Origin: Eubacteriales bacterium
GTDB lineage: Bacteria; Bacillota; Clostridia; Oscillospirales; SIG627
DNA length: 64,000 bases
Assembly (NCBI GenBank): GCA_045658765.1
Contig: JAZOVP010000117.1
Coordinates: forward strand, 35,303 to 99,302
Direction of reading: 5' to 3'
Part shown: piece after piece, positions 36,673-43,755 of the stretch
Layout of the letters: every line of letters starts with the position of its first letter
Numbering within the stretch: position 1 is the stretch's first letter
Notes under the pieces: generated by a model
What the model saw: the letters and a program-made list of their open reading frames with translations, nothing else
Database searches by the model: none
Told to the model about the DNA's origin: nothing
Translations under genes and position numbers: made by a program

Positions 36673-37368
36673 TTATTCTTCGCGGGGATCAATGTATTTC
36701 ACTGCGGCGTCGTATCTGCCGTAGCTCTTCACATTGGCCTCGTATGCTTCCTTGGGATCTTTGCCGTGACGGATGGCTTCCATCATCTTTCCGAGATGAA
36801 CGAATTTATAGCCGATGATTTCGTTGTCTTCATCAAGACCGAGGGAGAGAATATAGCCCTCTGCCATTTCGAGATAGCGAACGCCTTTTTCGTTGGTAGC
36901 GAAGATGGTACCAACCTGGCTGCGAAGACCCTTGCCCAAATCGTCGAGGGTGGAGCCGATGGGAAGTCCGTCTTCGGAGAAGGCGGTCTGGGTTCTGCCG
37001 TATACGAGCTGGAGGAAGATTTCTCTCATTGCAACGTTGATTGCATCGCAAACAAGGTCGGTGTTGAGAGCTTCCAGAATGGTTTTGCCTTGGAGGATTT
37101 CAGCTGCCATAGCGGCGGAGTGGGTCATACCGGAGCAACCGCTGGTTTCAACGAGTGCTTCTTCGATAATACCTTTTTTAACATTGAGGGTGAGTTTGCA
37201 CATACCCTGCTGGGGTGCGCACCAACCGATACCATGGGAAAGACCGGAAATATCGGTTACATCGTATGCCTTAACCCATCTTCCTTCTTCGGGAATGGGG
37301 GCCGGGCCGTGCTTGGGGCCTTTTGCCACAACGCACATGTTTTCTACATCTTCGGTAAACATGTTCAT
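36673..37368 (-). CDS. NifU/IscU-N-terminal-like Fe-S scaffold-type protein
   Basis: 231 aa. Cys-containing blocks GWCAPQQGMC, SGCSGMTHSAAMAAE and DLVCDAINVA resemble the three-Cys IscU arrangement. Confidence 0.65.
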   Translation of the reverse strand: MNMFTEDVENMCVVAKGPKHGPAPIPEEGRWVKAYDVTDISGLSHGIGWCAPQQGMCKLTLNVKKGIIEEALVETSGCSGMTHSAAMAAEILQGKTILEALNTDLVCDAINVAMREIFLQLVYGRTQTAFSEDGLPIGSTLDDLGKGLRSQVGTIFATNEKGVRYLEMAEGYILSLGLDEDNEIIGYKFVHLGKMMEAIRHGKDPKEAYEANVKSYGRYDAAVKYIDPREE

Positions 37369-37391
37369 TTTAAAATTCCTTTCGTTTTTAA

Positions 37392-37964
37392 TTAGTCAAC
37401 CAAAACGCCCATGGTGCCGGGAGCGGCGAGGGCGGCATTGGATTCATCGGTGTCGATGTGCATGGCAGCGGCGAATTTTTCGCTTACTCTTACCACAACC
37501 TCATCGAAAATGAGAGCTCTTTCGCCCTCAACGCGAATTTTCACGATTTCTTTATCCTTCACTCCGAATGCTTCTGCATCGGCGGGGGTGAAGTGAATAT
37601 GACGCTTTGCAACGATCACGCCTTCGGCGAGTTCCACGCTCTTATCGCCAACCGAAATGGTGCAGGCGCCGGAACCGGCAACGTCGCCGGATTCGCGGAT
37701 GGGAGCTTTGATGCCCAGTGCTCTTGCATCGGTGGCGGAAACCTCTACCTGAGATGCGGGACGGGCGGGTCCGAGGATGATTACGTTTTTGATGGTGCCT
37801 TTGGGGCCTGCGATATCCACTCTTTCTTCACAAGCGAACTGACCGGGCTGGGACAGATCCTTCTTGTGGGTGAGCTCATATCCTTTGCCGAACAGGGCTT
37901 CGATATGCTCTGCAGACAAATGGACATGGCGGGCGGAAGTTTCAACAAGTACCTTCTTTTCCAT
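37392..37964 (-). CDS. pduL: phosphate propanoyltransferase PduL
   Basis: 190 aa. Duplicated SARHVHLS / AKRHIHFT motifs and AAMHIDTDE are diagnostic of PduL. Confidence 0.85.
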   Translation of the reverse strand: MEKKVLVETSARHVHLSAEHIEALFGKGYELTHKKDLSQPGQFACEERVDIAGPKGTIKNVIILGPARPASQVEVSATDARALGIKAPIRESGDVAGSGACTISVGDKSVELAEGVIVAKRHIHFTPADAEAFGVKDKEIVKIRVEGERALIFDEVVVRVSEKFAAAMHIDTDESNAALAAPGTMGVLVD

Positions 37965-38008
37965 AATGAATTCTCCTATCTTTTTTGCTTAAATTGCTGA
38001 ACCGATTT

Positions 38009-38038
38009 ATTATACTACAATTTATGGACTTTTGTAAA
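38009..38038 (-). promoter_or_regulatory. sigma-A promoter of the pduL, NifU-like, GGGtGRT operon
   Basis: Minus strand reads TTTACA, 18 nt, TATAAT. Confidence 0.5.
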
Positions 38039-38058
38039 GAGGGGGCGGGGAATTTTTA

Positions 38059-38985
38059 TCAATTTTGCGGCCCTTTTGTGATATGGGTGATTTTTGTGAT
38101 CACAAAGAGGGTGATGGCAAGATCCATGATCAGGGTGGAGGAATCCACAAGATCCATGCTGATTTTTTCGCCCATTACCGCCAAAAGCTGGGGAAGGCGC
38201 GCGGTGATTCCGAAAAATACTGCCGAAGCACCGGAGAAGGCATAGAAATTGGGAGAGAAATAATTTTCCTCGCCCAAAAGGGTTTGTGCTTGATAGAGGA
38301 AAAATACCAAAAGCGAGATCACAAAGAGAAATTGCCCGATATAAAGGGATTTATTCACAAAGCGGGCAATATCGCGATATTCCACCACCATTCTCACGGC
38401 GCACCAAAAGGCGGGCACGAGGGCAAAAAAGGCCATGGGCTTTCTTTGAAGGGTGGAATTGGAAAATGCGAAAAGAAGGAAAAACACACCGCTTAAAAGT
38501 GAGAGGAATGCGAAAAGGAGGGTATAGGGCGAGATGTTTGCCTTGGAATACACAAAAAGGGAAAGCGCGTGGGAAAGAAAGCCAAAGCCGGGAAGAATGG
38601 AGGCGAAGGCGGAAAGGGTTCCGTTCCAAGAGGCGGCTTTTTTTGCAAAGCCGTGGAGAAAGAATTCGGGGAATCTTTCTTCGGAAACGGTTTCTTCTTC
38701 ATCCTGCATCAAAAGGGAATCTTCTTCGGGGAGGAAAAATTCCTCTTCTTTGATTTCTTTTTCGGGAGCGATTTTCTTTGCGAAGAAGGCAAGAATAAGG
38801 CAGATTCCAAACACAAAAAAGCCCACTGCATTATAGGAAGTGCAACCGATTGCTTTGCCCACGAAAAAGCCGGAAGAAACCTCGATTTCTTTCCAATAGA
38901 TATAGAGGCGCAATGCGATTGCGATGGGAGAGAGAATCCCCAAAAGGATCAGTATTTTTTGAAATAATTTTTGGTTGAATTTCAT
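38059..38985 (-). CDS. polytopic membrane protein, function unknown
   Basis: 308 aa with about 8 TM segments and an acidic loop (EEEFFLPEEDSLLMQDEEE). AAGAGG RBS. Last gene of the GT2-GtrA operon. Confidence 0.6.
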   Translation of the reverse strand: MKFNQKLFQKILILLGILSPIAIALRLYIYWKEIEVSSGFFVGKAIGCTSYNAVGFFVFGICLILAFFAKKIAPEKEIKEEEFFLPEEDSLLMQDEEETVSEERFPEFFLHGFAKKAASWNGTLSAFASILPGFGFLSHALSLFVYSKANISPYTLLFAFLSLLSGVFFLLFAFSNSTLQRKPMAFFALVPAFWCAVRMVVEYRDIARFVNKSLYIGQFLFVISLLVFFLYQAQTLLGEENYFSPNFYAFSGASAVFFGITARLPQLLAVMGEKISMDLVDSSTLIMDLAITLFVITKITHITKGPQN

Positions 38986-39003
38986 ATCGGAAACCTCTTA
39001 GCT

Positions 39004-39210
39004 TTATTTCTTGTTTTGAAGGATGCAAGAAAGGGAAAGTGCGAATGAAAAAAGAAAAAACACACCCAAAAGGGTTTTGGTGATCGAATTGGATAAAAAT
39101 GCCATCGACGGATTGATCCGATCGAGGCAAAACAAGGTGAGCATCATAAGAGATAAGATCAAAACCAGATGGGGAAGCAAACGCTGAAAAAAAGAAATGA
39201 TTTTTTTCAT
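39004..39210 (-). CDS. small membrane protein (68 aa)
   Basis: Two TM segments. The start overlaps the upstream stop as ATGA. Confidence 0.5.
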   Translation of the reverse strand: MKKIISFFQRLLPHLVLILSLMMLTLFCLDRINPSMAFLSNSITKTLLGVFFLFSFALSLSCILQNKK

Positions 39211-40136
39211 TGGTTCTCCTTATTTTGATCGGGGGCAAGATACACGATGTCGCTGATATCTCTTCCGCCTTCCTTGGAGGGGGAGGAGAAAAGTTCGCCC
39301 CGATAGGTCATTGCGGCGGAATGGCCGCCGTCGAGATTATAGGCAGTTTTGCAGCCGAGGGATTCAAAAAGCTCGGCAAATTCCGGAAGGGTCATGCCGC
39401 GGGAATGATTTTGCCTGCCGTCTACCGCCACAAAGCAATAGTGCCCCGGTTCAAAATAGCCGATGCCGATGCGGGGATTTTCCCCTGCGATGCCGGGATG
39501 AAATTTCAAAACGGCTTTTCCCTCGGAATCGAGCAGTGCGGGGCCGAAATCCCATGCTTGCCAAGCGCCTCCCGCGATGGCTTTTTCCACATCGAAATCG
39601 GCGAAGGAATAGGTTTCCATGGTGCCGTTTTTATAGAGCACACAAACCTCATGGGCTTTGGTTTTTCGATAAACCTCGCCGTTTCGGATCACGATTCCGT
39701 TTTGACGGATGCCGAAATAATCGCCGGAAACTGCAAGGAGTGCGCCCGCTTTGCGGGAAAGATTGAGGGTGGAATCGGCAACGCCGGTGGCAAATTCATC
39801 GCTTGCCATGGCGGTTTTGAGATTGGTGATATGTTTGATATAGAAATCCGCCACATAATAGGTTACCCCGTTTTCCTTGTGGGTGGTGAGATTCAGGCGG
39901 ATTTGATCATCTTGATAAAAACCGTCTTTTTCGATTACCGAGCCGTCGGCGGAAAAGAGATCGGCGAAGCGAAGAGAAAAATCTTCGGTTTCTTGGCCTT
40001 TTGTGGCGCCGTAGAGATTGCCGATTCTTCGGGGCAAAACATGGTGAAAAAGAGCAAAGATCAGAAGGGCAAACAGAAAAACAAGAAGATCCGCAAGAAG
40101 CAATCGAATGGTGCGCGATCGCGTTTTGTTTTTCAT
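39207..40136 (-). CDS. phosphodiester glycosidase (NAGPA/DUF2233) family protein, N-terminally anchored
   Basis: 309 aa. ...SGDYFG...FGPALL...RIGIGY...FVAVDGRQ..SRGMTL.E.A......G...AYNLDGGHSA. Confidence 0.75.
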   Translation of the reverse strand: MKNKTRSRTIRLLLADLLVFLFALLIFALFHHVLPRRIGNLYGATKGQETEDFSLRFADLFSADGSVIEKDGFYQDDQIRLNLTTHKENGVTYYVADFYIKHITNLKTAMASDEFATGVADSTLNLSRKAGALLAVSGDYFGIRQNGIVIRNGEVYRKTKAHEVCVLYKNGTMETYSFADFDVEKAIAGGAWQAWDFGPALLDSEGKAVLKFHPGIAGENPRIGIGYFEPGHYCFVAVDGRQNHSRGMTLPEFAELFESLGCKTAYNLDGGHSAAMTYRGELFSSPSKEGGRDISDIVYLAPDQNKENQ

Positions 40137-41221
40137 TTTTTCTCCTTTGATTTGCGGAAAATCAAGAATTTTTGAATGAGAAAGCTAATGGGGAAGCATA
40201 CCACCTGCGCCAAGATATGCGCGGCGAGGGCATGGAAATGAAGATTGAAAATGAGAAACGATAAAATGAATTCATTGGCAAAGAAGATGCCCACCACCAG
40301 AAGTGCATAGAAAAAGAAGCTTCTGAAGGGTTTTTCGAGATTTTGGAACACCACTTTTCCATTGACCCAGAAATTCACGCACGAGGAAAGAATTCTGGCG
40401 GCAAGAAGAGAAAAGAAAGATACGAATCGCTCTTCTGCAAAAAGATGGGGAAAAAGATGGGTGAATAAAAGATAAAATGCCGCCGCATCCACCAAAAAGG
40501 CAAGGCAAGAGGAAAGAATAAAAGAAATCAATTCAAAAAGATTTCCCAAAGCAAAGCGGAATAAAAGGCCGTAGATGCGCAGGGCATCTTTTACGGGATT
40601 GAAATGGCTGGATTTATTTTCCTCGATATATACCGTTTGAATTTCGATTTCGCGAACGGGGATTTTTTTCTTTACTGCGGTGCAAAGCATTCTCATTTCG
40701 TATTCATAGCGATCGCCTTCAATAGAAACAAAAAGCGGGAGAAGATCGCCCGTGAAAGCGCGCAGACCGGTTTGGGTGTCGAACACGCGCTTGCCCATGA
40801 GAAGATGGAAGGTGTGGCGCGATACGGTGTTGCCAAAGCGGCTTCTTGCGGGAACATCGCCGCGAAAACTGCGGGAACCCAAAACAAGAGTGCCGGGATT
40901 TTTTTCAGCATCTTGCAGGCAAGCCAGAATATCTTCGGGGAGGTGCTGACCGTCGGCATCGGCGGTGCAGATGATTTCATCGGCTTTGCCGCATTGGATC
41001 AAATGGGAAAAAGCGGTTTTGAGCGCAGCGCCTTTACCGCGGTTTTCGGGATGAACCAGAAGAGTATCGCAAAGGGATTCGGCTTTCTCGAAAACCGAAT
41101 CGTATTCCTTGCCCGAACCGTCGTTTACAAGAAGAAGGTGGGCGGGGGTTTTTTCTTTGAGAGCCGAAAGAAGCGCGATGAGTTTTTCATCGGGCTTATA
41201 GGCAGGGATGATGATAATCAT
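40133..41221 (-). CDS. family-2 glycosyltransferase fused to a GtrA-like membrane domain
   Basis: 362 aa. N-terminus IIIPAYKPDEK...LVNDGS...ADADGQH (GT-A, DxD). The C-terminal four TM segments carry a GtrA-like pattern (...FLVDAAAFYLL...ILSSCVNFWVNGKVVF). AGGAG RBS before the ATG at 41221. Confidence 0.8.
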   Translation of the reverse strand: MIIIIPAYKPDEKLIALLSALKEKTPAHLLLVNDGSGKEYDSVFEKAESLCDTLLVHPENRGKGAALKTAFSHLIQCGKADEIICTADADGQHLPEDILACLQDAEKNPGTLVLGSRSFRGDVPARSRFGNTVSRHTFHLLMGKRVFDTQTGLRAFTGDLLPLFVSIEGDRYEYEMRMLCTAVKKKIPVREIEIQTVYIEENKSSHFNPVKDALRIYGLLFRFALGNLFELISFILSSCLAFLVDAAAFYLLFTHLFPHLFAEERFVSFFSLLAARILSSCVNFWVNGKVVFQNLEKPFRSFFFYALLVVGIFFANEFILSFLIFNLHFHALAAHILAQVVCFPISFLIQKFLIFRKSKEKK

Positions 41222-41276
41222 ATAGGCACTCCTGAAAATTCTCCGAAGAGAAAATTTTGCGTATACATACACAAAG

Positions 41277-41305
41277 ATTTTATCAAAAACGAGCCCGTTT
41301 TGCAA
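41277..41305 (-). promoter_or_regulatory. sigma-A promoter of the GT2-GtrA operon
   Basis: Minus strand reads TTGCAA, 17 nt, TAAAAT. Confidence 0.5.
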
Positions 41306-41382
41306 GAGTTTTGAGAAGATTTACAAGGAGTTTCTTCCCCGTGCTTTATGAAAATTTGTTCACCCTTTTTTCGGAAAAGCGA

Positions 41383-41431
41383 ACGAAATTTCGTATTTTA
41401 TATTGACAATTACGAAATTTCGTGATATAAT
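41383..41431 (+). promoter_or_regulatory. consensus sigma-A promoter with two copies of a 12-bp palindrome
   Basis: TTGACA (41403-41408), 17 nt, TATAAT (41426-41431). ACGAAATTTCGT occurs at 41383-41394 and at 41412-41423, the second inside the spacer. Confidence 0.65.
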
Positions 41432-41473
41432 CCAACTCGAGCAATGAGGAAGTTTCGAAAAAAGGAGTAAAAA

Positions 41474-41686
41474 ATGAGTATGGAATGGATGAACGCAAAA
41501 GAGGAGGCGATCCTCTTTGCAAAAGAAAAAGTGGAAGATGCAGGAGAAGCCATTGGCGAGATCTTGCCCGAAACCGCAGAAGAATTGGTTTGGATTGGAG
41601 GAATTTTGGGGAAGGAGCTGATTTTGCTTCGCACCGAGCGGAGTTTGCAGAGTTCCCTTGTGGAAGAAAAAGGCGGTGTGATATGA
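41474..41686 (+). CDS. small acidic hypothetical protein (70 aa)
   Basis: AAAGGAG RBS. Its stop overlaps the next start as ATGA. No family recognised. Confidence 0.55.
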   Translation: MSMEWMNAKEEAILFAKEKVEDAGEAIGEILPETAEELVWIGGILGKELILLRTERSLQSSLVEEKGGVI

Positions 41687-42237
41687 CACTGGATGAATAT
41701 CTTACGAAATTTCGTTTGCTTCAGCACGCGGCGGAACGGGAAGAGAAGGCGCTTGCGCTTTTATCTTCCGGAGCATACGCTTCGTTTTTGAAGCGCTTTG
41801 AAAAGAGCGAAGATCCGATTTTATCTTCGGTTTTGGTATCAAGGGAAAAAATGGAAAAGAGCTTTCGGAAAAAACAGCGCCTTTGCGAACGCTATGCTGT
41901 GCGGCTCACCCGCGCGATTTCTTTGATTGAAGTGCCGGAACTCAGGGAATATGCGCTTTGCCATTTCCTTTATGGGCTAACGCACGAGGAGATTGCCGAG
42001 CAGAGTTTTTACTGTGTGAGAACGGTGTATCGCTATGGCAAAAAGGCAAAAAAAGAATTGGAAGCGGCGCTTCTTTCGGTTCAGCCGAAGAGAAAACGGA
42101 TTTCGGATTCCCGATTTTTGGTGAAAGGGCGCTTGCCGCGAAGAAAAAAGACCGAAGATGCGGTTTCGCGCAGTGTGGCTTCGCGCACCGCTCGAAGATG
42201 GAGCGAGCCGTATCGACCGAAGGTTTTATTTGCATAA
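41683..42237 (+). CDS. sigma-70 region-4-like HTH regulator (DUF1492 / phage late-activator-like)
   Basis: 184 aa. ...REYALCHFLYGLTHEEIAEQSFYCVRTVYRYGKKAKKEL... fits a region-4 HTH. Has a basic C-terminal tail. Confidence 0.55.
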   Translation: MTLDEYLTKFRLLQHAAEREEKALALLSSGAYASFLKRFEKSEDPILSSVLVSREKMEKSFRKKQRLCERYAVRLTRAISLIEVPELREYALCHFLYGLTHEEIAEQSFYCVRTVYRYGKKAKKELEAALLSVQPKRKRISDSRFLVKGRLPRRKKTEDAVSRSVASRTARRWSEPYRPKVLFA

Positions 42238-42270
42238 AAAAAGAACTGCCCAAAGGCAGTTCTTTTTTTT
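42236..42270. terminator. bidirectional intrinsic terminator
   Basis: Stem aagaactgcc/ggcagttctt with loop caaa and A/T flanks. Confidence 0.85.
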
Positions 42271-42281
42271 ACCGGAACAAA

Positions 42282-42560
42282 TTAGTTGTTTTCCTTCATT
42301 GCTGCGAAGCAATCGCTGCAGTAAACAGGGCGATCGCTGGTGGGCTGGAAGGGAACTTTTGCTTCTTTGCCGCAGTTAGCGCAAGTGGTAGTGAAATACT
42401 CTCTTGCCTGACGGGAAGCATTCTTCTTTGCATCTCTGCAGGGTTTGCATCTCTGGGGTTCGTTCTGGAATCCTTTCTCGGCATAGAATTCCTGTTCACC
42501 TGCGGTGAAAACGAATTCGTTGCCACAATCCTTGCATACCAGTGTCTTGTCTTCGTACAT
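42282..42560 (-). CDS. CxxC-x17-CxxC zinc-ribbon domain protein
   Basis: 92 aa with CKDC...CKPC and CANC-x17-CSDC. AAGAGG RBS. Confidence 0.7.
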   Translation of the reverse strand: MYEDKTLVCKDCGNEFVFTAGEQEFYAEKGFQNEPQRCKPCRDAKKNASRQAREYFTTTCANCGKEAKVPFQPTSDRPVYCSDCFAAMKENN

Positions 42561-42672
42561 TTGCCATACCTCTTTTAATAATATTGCCCAGAACGGACTT
42601 GCACCGTCACCCTTTTTAATCTGCTGATCAAAACGCTCTCTTTAAGCTACTCGGGCATATAGACGATAGAAT

Positions 42673-43251
42673 TCAGGAAAGACCGGAAAGCTTCTTGCGC
42701 AAACGAAACAGAGTGTTTTCAATGCTTTTCGGGGTTTTCCCAAGAATGGAAGCGATTTCGCTCACCTTTTTGCCGCGAAGGGAAAGCCCGAATACTTCTC
42801 GCTCCATGGGAGAGAGAGCTTCGTCGACCTTGCGGAGAAGGGCGGAAAGCGCTTCTTTGCCGAGAAGAATTCGCTCGGGAGATTCCGATTCGCCTGCGGG
42901 GATTTCTTCTGCGGGGATGGCGGAAAGTTCACCGCCGGAATGATCTTTTTGATACTTGCGAAGCCCGTCGATCACGGCGCTATTCATGCAAATGCGCGCA
43001 AAGGTGGAAAACGAGGACGCTTTCGGATCATAAAGCAGCACTGCCTTATAGAGCCCGATGAGCCCTTCCTGAGCCAAATCGCCCTGATCTGCCAAGGGGA
43101 GCATCAAGGGGGAGATCATTCGTTTTAAAGTGGGTTCAAAATGAGAGGCAAGGGCCGAAAAGGCATTCTCATCCCCTGCGGCGGCGCGGCGAACCAATTC
43201 ATCGATTTGGGCGCGCTTTTCTTCGGAAGAGGAAAAATTTTGATCAGCCAT
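42673..43251 (-). CDS. sigma-70 family RNA polymerase sigma factor (group 3/4-like)
   Basis: 192 aa. Region 2 DLAQEGLIGLYKAV..YD and region 4 REVFGLSLRGKKVSEIASILGKTPKSIENTLFRLRKKL. Confidence 0.8.
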   Translation of the reverse strand: MADQNFSSSEEKRAQIDELVRRAAAGDENAFSALASHFEPTLKRMISPLMLPLADQGDLAQEGLIGLYKAVLLYDPKASSFSTFARICMNSAVIDGLRKYQKDHSGGELSAIPAEEIPAGESESPERILLGKEALSALLRKVDEALSPMEREVFGLSLRGKKVSEIASILGKTPKSIENTLFRLRKKLSGLS

Positions 43252-43283
43252 GGATACCTCTTTTATTTTACTACCTAAACCGA

Positions 43284-43312
43284 ATTATAACATCCGATTC
43301 AAAATATGTCAA
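43284..43312 (-). promoter_or_regulatory. consensus sigma-A promoter of the sigma-factor gene
   Basis: Minus strand reads TTGACA, 17 nt, TATAAT. Confidence 0.65.
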
Positions 43313-43449
43313 GCATTTTAATAAAAATAAAAATAATTGCAACTTTTTTTGATAAAATTCGGCTAATTTCTCAAAAAGGATTTGGTTTTTCTTCTTGTGG
43401 ATTGCTTTTTTGTGTGTTAGAATGGGAAAAAACAAAAAAGGAGTTTGAG

Positions 43450-43755
43450 ATGATTCGTCATATCGTAATGTTTCGCTTTAAAGAAGAAGCCGAAGGGAAA
43501 ACCAAAGCAGAAAATGTGCTTGCCACCAAAGAGATGCTGGAAGCGCTTCCTGCAAAAATTCCGCAGATCAAGAGCAGCAGTGTTCTTTTGAATACCGAAG
43601 GGGCAAATCCCGAAAATGCAGATCTGATTCTGATTTCGGATTTTGATTCTTTGGAAGATCTTGATACCTACATTGTGCATCCCGATCACAAGGCGGTGGG
43701 TGCTTTTATGCGCCCTTTGCGCGAAAGCCGCGCGGGGATCGATATTACCTTATAA
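43450..43755 (+). CDS. Dabb (stress-responsive alpha/beta-barrel) family protein
   Basis: 101 aa, MIRHIVMFRFKEEAE...FDSLEDLDTYIVHPDHKAV. AAAGGAG RBS. Confidence 0.8.
   Translation: MIRHIVMFRFKEEAEGKTKAENVLATKEMLEALPAKIPQIKSSSVLLNTEGANPENADLILISDFDSLEDLDTYIVHPDHKAVGAFMRPLRESRAGIDITL

Noticed and set aside
35633-36724. 363-aa ORF on the plus strand
   Set aside because: It is antisense to the GGGtGRT gene and starts inside a terminator hairpin. The 18907-20028 (-), 39210-40175 (+), 36766-37395 (+), 28000-28657 (+) and 53222-53851 (-) ORFs are rejected for the same reason.
30333-42237. Intact prophage or phage satellite spanning terS, terL, the XRE/AbrB regulators and the DUF1492-like regulator
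   Set aside because: There is no integrase, replication, portal, capsid, tail or lysis gene and I could not find att-like flanking repeats. The intervening genes are cellular (thiamine salvage, QueG-like, pduL operon, envelope operon). At most these are scattered phage-derived genes.
42561-42672. Possible tRNA or tRNA-like gene (T-arm-like GACGG-UGCAAGU-CCGUU and GCCC/GGGC acceptor-like pairing, minus strand)
   Set aside because: - The T-loop lacks the U-U-C core.
- The putative anticodon arm would be a 7-bp stem with a 6-nt loop.
- The D-arm does not pair.
- The acceptor stem has a mismatch and there is no CCA.
It is not a tRNA. It is kept only as a possible structured UTR in the sigma/zinc-ribbon finding.
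42282-43251. Sigma / anti-sigma pair interpretation for the sigma factor and the zinc-ribbon protein
   Set aside because: - The zinc-ribbon protein belongs to the soluble CxxC-x17-CxxC type.
- It lacks an HxxxCxxC (ZAS) motif or a TM segment.
- It is separated from the sigma gene by 112 nt rather than being translationally coupled.
The idea cannot be supported from sequence.
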